Part shown: positions 58,458 to 64,000 of the stretch, one piece after another
How positions within the stretch are numbered: position 1 is the first letter of the stretch
How the letters are laid out: each line of letters begins with the position of its first letter
Assembly (NCBI GenBank): GCA_963675595.2
Contig: CAXXLZ010000002.1
Location: 640,001 to 704,000 of the forward strand
DNA from: Thermodesulfobacteriota bacterium
GTDB lineage: Bacteria; Desulfobacterota; Desulfarculia; JACQYL01
Direction: 5' to 3'
Length of the DNA: 64,000 nucleotides
Translations under genes and position numbers: made by a program
Notes under the pieces: model-generated
The model's input: only the letters and a program-made list of their open reading frames with translations
Told to the model about the DNA's origin: nothing
Database searches by the model: none

Positions 58458-60974
58458 ATGGATGTTGAACGGGGGCACGAAATGGCTTCAAGTCCGGCCG
58501 AACCCGGGGATGCTTCTTCGACCTCCCTGGGAAAAGCGCGAGAACGGATACAAGAGCTTGAGACTCTCCTGGAAGAACGGGAAAGGACCGTCCAGGAGTA
58601 CGCTCTGACGCGCTCACTCCTGGACTCTTTCCCTCAAGGCGTCGGATACAAGGATCGGGACGGAGTTTTCAGGCTGGTAAACAAGGCCTTTTGCGATTTC
58701 ATGGGGAAAACACAGGAAGAGATCCTGGGAAAGACCGATCGCGACCTGTTTCCCCAGTCCGAAGCGGATTTCTACCGTCGCCAAGACCTGGATATCATGC
58801 AATCGCGGACGCCCATCGTCCAAAACCAGAAAATCACGGGCAAAGGTGGGCCGGCGTGGAGGCGGGTAATGAAATCGCCCTTGCTCTTCGGCGGGAAAAT
58901 TCAGGGAATTCGATTTCTCCTGAATGATATCTCCCAAGAGACACGCATGGACAGCGTCCTCCTCAAACTGGCCGAGGGGGTTTCCGCGGCCACCGGCAAG
59001 GATTACTTGGCGGCGCTCGTGAAAAGCATGGGAGAAATCCTGGAGGCGGATTTCGCCTTTGTGGGCGAGTTATTGTACCAAACCACCAGAAGGATCCGGA
59101 CGGTTGCTCTGTACGCCGACGGCTCCATCGTCGACAATTTCGAATACGACCTGGAGGACACGCCCTGCGAAAACGTAGTCCGCGGGGAAAGCTGCGTTTA
59201 TGAAAAAGACGTACAGACGCTTTTCCCCAAAGACCGCCTTTTGGTTGAAATGGGAGTCGAATCCTACGCCGGTATTCCGCTGTTCAGTTCTTCCGGAGAT
59301 TTCCTGGGCATCCTGGTGGTGCTGTACCGACATCCCACTGCGGATTCGCCCCTCATCGAGTCTCTCTTGCAGATTTTCGCAGGTAGAGCCGCCTCCGAAC
59401 TGGAACGCGAAACATCCCAAGAACGACTGCGCAACTCCGAACAGGAAAAAACCGCCATTCTCGAGAGTTTCCGCGATGTGATCGTGGAGTATCTCGACAA
59501 GGATATGAACATCATATGGACCAATAACCTGGATACCAAGACCAGCCTCGCCAAGGTGACCGGCCGGCGTTGCTACGAGGTTCGACACGCTCTCCGCCAA
59601 CCCTGTTCGGGCTGCCGGGTTCCCCTGGCCCTTAAAACCGGGCTGCCCACGGAAGGGGAAATGATCTCCCCACAGGGGGCCGTGCTGCTCACCCGGAGCA
59701 ATCCGATCCTCAATGCCCAAGGAGAAGTGACCGGTGTGGTGCACGTGGCCCTGGACATCACCGCCCGAAAGATGATGGAGCAGGAACTCCTGGCGGCGAA
59801 AGAGGCCGCGGAAGAAGCCAACCACGCAAAAAGCCGGTTCCTGGCCACCATGAGCCATGAGATTCGAACCCCGATGAACGCCATTTTGGGTTTCACGGGC
59901 CTGTGTCTCGAAATGGAACTCGCTCCCCTTCAGAAAGAGTATCTGGAACTCGTCAACTCTTCCGCCAAGGACCTCCTCGCCCTCCTCAACGATATCCTGG
60001 ACCTTTCCAGAATCGAAGCGGGCAAGCTCAGGATCGAGAAGCAGGAATTCAGTCTCCTACAGACCTTATCCGAGGTGGTGGACCTCTTCGCCTTGAAAGC
60101 GAAACTAAAAGGCCTTGACTTCCAATTCACCGTGGATCCGGCCACGCCCGAAATCGTTATCGGAGACGAAAGTCGGGTTCGGCAGGTGCTCGCCAACCTC
60201 ATAAGCAACGCGGTTAAATTTACTGAATCGGGGAATGTCCGGGTTTATGCCGCCGATTGCCGTCAGGGACCCGGGAAAGCCATCCTGCATTTCGTGGTGT
60301 CGGATACGGGATGCGGCATTCCGGAAGACAAACAATCGGAAATTTTCGATCCGTTCACCCAGGTAGATGGGGACAAGACCAGGAAACACGGCGGCGCAGG
60401 TTTGGGCCTGGCCATCTGCAAACAACTCGTTCGGTTGATGGACGGGGAAATCTGGGTCACCAGCAAACCCGGGTTGGGTAGCACTTTCGATTTCACCCTT
60501 CCCTTCGAACTTCCCGGCCCGGAGTTCCTCGCCATGGGAGAACCCGCATCGCCCCCTCTGTTCTCAAACGGCACCATGGATGAACCTTGTCGGCACTTGA
60601 AGATACTCTTGGTGGAAGACGACGAGCGGAATTTGATCCTCGCGCAACGGCTACTGGAGCGCGGGTGCCACTCGGTGACCACTGTCCGCAACGGTAGGGA
60701 GGCGGCGGACGTCGCATCCGACGGCCTTTTCGATCTCATCCTCATGGACCTGGAAATGCCCGAAATGGACGGCTTCGAGGCCGCCGAACGCATCAGGAAG
60801 GCGGAAAAAGGCTCATCGCGCCATGTTCCCATCATCGCCATGACCGCCCACGCCATGAAAGGCTACCGGGAACGGTGTCTGGAGGCGGGTATGGACGACT
60901 ATATCACCAAGCCCGTGGACCCATCGGAACTCAACCGTGTCATCCAACGGGCTTTATGCGTGCCCGGCCCTTAA
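58458..60974 (+). CDS. cytoplasmic hybrid histidine kinase (PAS-GAF-PAS-HisKA-HATPase-REC)
   Basis: FLATMSHEIRTPMN, NLISNAVKFT, GAGLGLAI, ILMDLEMPEMDG; start may be 58482. Confidence 0.93.
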   Translation: MDVERGHEMASSPAEPGDASSTSLGKARERIQELETLLEERERTVQEYALTRSLLDSFPQGVGYKDRDGVFRLVNKAFCDFMGKTQEEILGKTDRDLFPQSEADFYRRQDLDIMQSRTPIVQNQKITGKGGPAWRRVMKSPLLFGGKIQGIRFLLNDISQETRMDSVLLKLAEGVSAATGKDYLAALVKSMGEILEADFAFVGELLYQTTRRIRTVALYADGSIVDNFEYDLEDTPCENVVRGESCVYEKDVQTLFPKDRLLVEMGVESYAGIPLFSSSGDFLGILVVLYRHPTADSPLIESLLQIFAGRAASELERETSQERLRNSEQEKTAILESFRDVIVEYLDKDMNIIWTNNLDTKTSLAKVTGRRCYEVRHALRQPCSGCRVPLALKTGLPTEGEMISPQGAVLLTRSNPILNAQGEVTGVVHVALDITARKMMEQELLAAKEAAEEANHAKSRFLATMSHEIRTPMNAILGFTGLCLEMELAPLQKEYLELVNSSAKDLLALLNDILDLSRIEAGKLRIEKQEFSLLQTLSEVVDLFALKAKLKGLDFQFTVDPATPEIVIGDESRVRQVLANLISNAVKFTESGNVRVYAADCRQGPGKAILHFVVSDTGCGIPEDKQSEIFDPFTQVDGDKTRKHGGAGLGLAICKQLVRLMDGEIWVTSKPGLGSTFDFTLPFELPGPEFLAMGEPASPPLFSNGTMDEPCRHLKILLVEDDERNLILAQRLLERGCHSVTTVRNGREAADVASDGLFDLILMDLEMPEMDGFEAAERIRKAEKGSSRHVPIIAMTAHAMKGYRERCLEAGMDDYITKPVDPSELNRVIQRALCVPGP

Positions 60975-61163
60975 GCCGGGCCCGATGCAACGAGGGTCCG
61001 TACATTCGAACTCGGAGAGGAGCGCTTCGGTTCGGATACGCCTTAACCTGAGCCCGGTGCGAAGCCGCCCCTAAAGCGAAGGTGCGGCAAAGCTCCCGAA
61101 ATCCCGCGCCGGGAAAGGGCGGGTGGTCCGCCCGCAACCTTCCCCTCTGAATGAAACCCCGCC

Positions 61164-61964
61164 ATGCACGACGACTCCTTCCGATCACTTCTGGAACTCC
61201 TGGGACTCTCTTGGCAAGGATACCGCAAGGTGAGGCGAGGGGTGAAGAAGCGGATCTCACGCCACATGTCTCAGCAGGGCTGCCGCGGCACGCGGGAATA
61301 CCTGGAGCTGCTGAAGGCCGATGCCGGGTTCCGAAAAGAGTGCGAAGCGCTCATGGGAGTTTCCATCAGCCGTTTCTTTCGGGACCGGGAGCTCTGGGAG
61401 ACACTGGAAGGGAAAATTCCGCCCGAGCCGGCGGCGAGCTCCGGAAGCGAAATCAAGGCTTGGTCCGCAGGGTGCGCACGTGGGGAAGAGGCCTACAGTC
61501 TGAAAATCCTGTGGGACCGGATACGCCGATCCGGCGTCGGCCTTCCCGCCCTTCGCATAACGGCCACGGACATCAACCCGGACTACCTCCAGGCGGCTCA
61601 ACTAGCCCGCTACACCTGGAGCGCGTTGAGGGAACTTCCCCCTGATTCGGCACAACGTTGTTTCGAGCAGGAACCCGGCGGAAGATGGTTCCGGTTGGTC
61701 CAAGATTTGAGAGGGGAGATTGAGTGGCTTTGCCGTGACTTCTTCGCCACGCCGCCCGGCTCCGGATTCCATCTCATTTTCCTGAGGAACAACCTGCTCA
61801 CCTATTACTCACGCGACCGCGTCGGGCCCGCTTTCAACACTATCTTGAACGCCCTTGCCGTTGGCGGCTTTCTCGTGCTCGGTTCCCGCGAGCATCCGCC
61901 CTTTCATCATCCGGCCCTGCGTCCGTCGGCCGGCCTTCCATACTTGTTTGAAAGGCTGCCGTGA
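61164..61964 (+). CDS. cheR: CheR-type protein-glutamate methyltransferase
   Basis: SRFFRD, WSAGCARGEEAYS, ATDIN, IFLRN.L.YY, GGFLVLG. Confidence 0.88.
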   Translation: MHDDSFRSLLELLGLSWQGYRKVRRGVKKRISRHMSQQGCRGTREYLELLKADAGFRKECEALMGVSISRFFRDRELWETLEGKIPPEPAASSGSEIKAWSAGCARGEEAYSLKILWDRIRRSGVGLPALRITATDINPDYLQAAQLARYTWSALRELPPDSAQRCFEQEPGGRWFRLVQDLRGEIEWLCRDFFATPPGSGFHLIFLRNNLLTYYSRDRVGPAFNTILNALAVGGFLVLGSREHPPFHHPALRPSAGLPYLFERLP

Positions 61965-62500
61965 CCATGACCCAAATACCAACAAGAAAGAATCTCCTGT
62001 TCACCGGACCGCCCGGTTGCGGCAAATCCACCCTCATCGAAAAGATCGTCCGGAAAGTGGATCGACCGTGCGCCGGATTCTTCACGCGGGAAATCAGGGA
62101 TCGGGGACGTCGCGCGGGATTCGCCGTCCACACCCTTGACGGGAAACGGGGCATCCCGGCTCACGTGGATTCCTCAAGTCGGATCAAGGTGGGAAAATAC
62201 GCCGTCAACCTGCAGGACGTGGACCACATTGCCGTGCCGTCCCTGATTCCGGAAAATGATCGAATCCTCGTGGTGGTGGACGAAATCGGCAAGATGGAAT
62301 GTTTCTCCCCCCGGTTCCGACAAACCCTGCTGCAGGTTCTGGATTCACCCAACCCGGTGCTGGGCTCCGTGGCCCTCAAGGGAGACGCCTTCATTCAGGG
62401 GGTGAAGAAGCGCGCGGATACGGAGGTGGTCCTGGTCAGTGAGCAAAACAGGGATGCGTTGGCGGAGGTGTATTTTCGGAACGTAGGGGAGGACGGGTAG
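61961..62500 (+). CDS. NTPase (THEP1 / NTPase_1 family)
   Basis: TGPPGCGKST, GFFTREIR..G.R.GF, VGKY.V, VDEIGKME. Confidence 0.9.
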   Translation: MTMTQIPTRKNLLFTGPPGCGKSTLIEKIVRKVDRPCAGFFTREIRDRGRRAGFAVHTLDGKRGIPAHVDSSSRIKVGKYAVNLQDVDHIAVPSLIPENDRILVVVDEIGKMECFSPRFRQTLLQVLDSPNPVLGSVALKGDAFIQGVKKRADTEVVLVSEQNRDALAEVYFRNVGEDG

Positions 62501-62730
62501 GGCCGACCTGGATGTTCCAGGGGATTGTTCCGCCCTGCCCCCACGAGGGGACGACTCGGCGGTTGAGGGCGAATCGTTCCATGACGGAGGTTCGCTGGGA
62601 ACTCGACATTTGGTTGGGAGTACCGCACTCGGGAGGGATTTCGGGCAGGCTCTGCGGCCCGCCCGATTGGGTTCGGAAGCCGAATTCGTTGTATTTAGGG
62701 GGAAGAGGCGCGCCGTCCCGCTCGTCTCCC

Positions 62731-63852
62731 CTATTCGAACTGTTCCAAGTACTTCCCGTAACCTTCTTTTTCCAGGTCTTCCTTGGGAATGAACCTTAGT
62801 GCGGCCGAATTGATGCAATATCTCAGCCCCGTGGGTTTGGGGCCGTCGGGAAAGACGTGGCCGAGGTGAGAGTCACCGTGCCTGCTTCGTACCTCCGTAC
62901 GCGTCGAAAACCAGCTACGGTCCTCTTTTTCCACGATGTTGTCCGGCTCCAGAGGCCTCACGAAACTGGGCCACCCCGTGCCCGATTCGTACTTGTCTCT
63001 GGAACTGAACAGGGGTTCCCCGGACGCCACGTCCACGTAAATCCCGGCCTTTTTGTTGTCCCAGTAGGCATTGTTGAAAGGCGGCTCCGTGCCTTCCTCC
63101 TGCGTGACCTTATATTGCATGGGAGACAGCCGTGCCTTCAGCTCTTCCTCGGACGGTTTCGTGTAGGTCCGTTCCTTTTCACTCATGCGCGATTCTCCTG
63201 AATCTTCTTCGCCCCACGTGGTTTTGATGAACTGGTCCCGACCCGAATTCCACCGATAGAACTGATACCGAAGAGAATGATTCTTATAGTAGTCTTGATG
63301 ATAGTCCTCCGCCTTGTAGAACTTTTCGAACGGACGGATTTCCGTGGCGATAGATTTGCTGAAACGACCGGATTCCTCAAGGCGTTTCTTGGACGCTTCC
63401 GCCAAGCGTTTCTGTTCCTCGTTGTGGTAGAAAATGGCCGTGGCGTACTGGGACCCTCGGTCCACGAACTGGCCTCCGGGATCCGTGGGATTCACGTGCC
63501 GCCAGAACACGTCCAGCAACTCATCGTAGGAAATCTTGGCCGGATCGAAATAGACCTGAACCGCCTCCAAGTGTCCCGTGCCCCCCGCTGAAACCTGTTC
63601 GTAGGTCGGGTTTTCCACGGTTCCCCCGGTGTATCCGGAAACCGCCTCCACAACTCCTTTCGCCTTTTCAAAATCCGCTTCCACACACCAGAAACATCCA
63701 CCGGCAAAGGTCGCCGTCTCCAATCCTTCAAGCCTTTGTTCCATACTCTTATCCTCCCCCGGCTTATCCGTCATTGCCAAGCCGGAACCCAAGGAGAAAA
63801 ACATCCAGGCTCCGATCGCCATAAAAGCCGTCAAAAAAAGAATCGTTTTCAT
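62731..63852 (-). CDS. msrAB: exported peptide methionine sulfoxide reductase MsrA/MsrB fusion
   Basis: GGCFWC and AEDYHQDYY (MsrA); [21 protein letters not shown] (MsrB); N-terminal signal. Confidence 0.95.
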   Translation of the reverse strand: MKTILFLTAFMAIGAWMFFSLGSGLAMTDKPGEDKSMEQRLEGLETATFAGGCFWCVEADFEKAKGVVEAVSGYTGGTVENPTYEQVSAGGTGHLEAVQVYFDPAKISYDELLDVFWRHVNPTDPGGQFVDRGSQYATAIFYHNEEQKRLAEASKKRLEESGRFSKSIATEIRPFEKFYKAEDYHQDYYKNHSLRYQFYRWNSGRDQFIKTTWGEEDSGESRMSEKERTYTKPSEEELKARLSPMQYKVTQEEGTEPPFNNAYWDNKKAGIYVDVASGEPLFSSRDKYESGTGWPSFVRPLEPDNIVEKEDRSWFSTRTEVRSRHGDSHLGHVFPDGPKPTGLRYCINSAALRFIPKEDLEKEGYGKYLEQFE

Positions 63853-64000
63853 ATCGTGGCCTCCTTATCTCGTTTGGACGCCCGCTCAAAACGTCCCGGG
63901 AATTGTCCTTCGGGATGGAGGCCGCCTCGCTGTTTCGAGAACCGCCTTCACCGATCGCCCCGTCCCGAACTCCGGCGGGCCTTCTACGGTTTTTATAGTA

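Overview
GC-rich bacterial chromosome segment whose gene content (tungsten AOR, anaerobic benzimidazole synthesis, sigma54 regulators, hybrid kinases) suggests an anaerobic Desulfobacterota/deltaproteobacterium; this is inference. In order it holds: a TRAP transporter with a MatB-like acyl-CoA synthetase; vsr plus an orphan C5 DNA methyltransferase; a cobalamin-riboswitch-led bzaF-bzaC-(two B12 radical SAM)-cobT operon, with an IS inserted exactly at the bzaC stop codon; an accessory region at about 18-31 kb; a sigma54-controlled ABC/ADH/AOR/MoaD operon; signalling genes; an MCP-small protein-2xV4R operon; cheR, an NTPase and msrAB. The strongest candidate for a new system is in the accessory region. 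It encodes a Tat-exported protein with a RiPP-like WxxPxV leader motif, a four-domain glycosyltransferase (GT1+GT32+GT2+Anp1/GT62-like), a stand-alone PqqD/RRE, an HPr-kinase-like kinase and a nucleotidyltransferase, with a sulfotransferase and an IPTL-CTERM surface protein nearby and no lasso cyclase or protease. All calls come from reading motifs by eye; no database searches were run.
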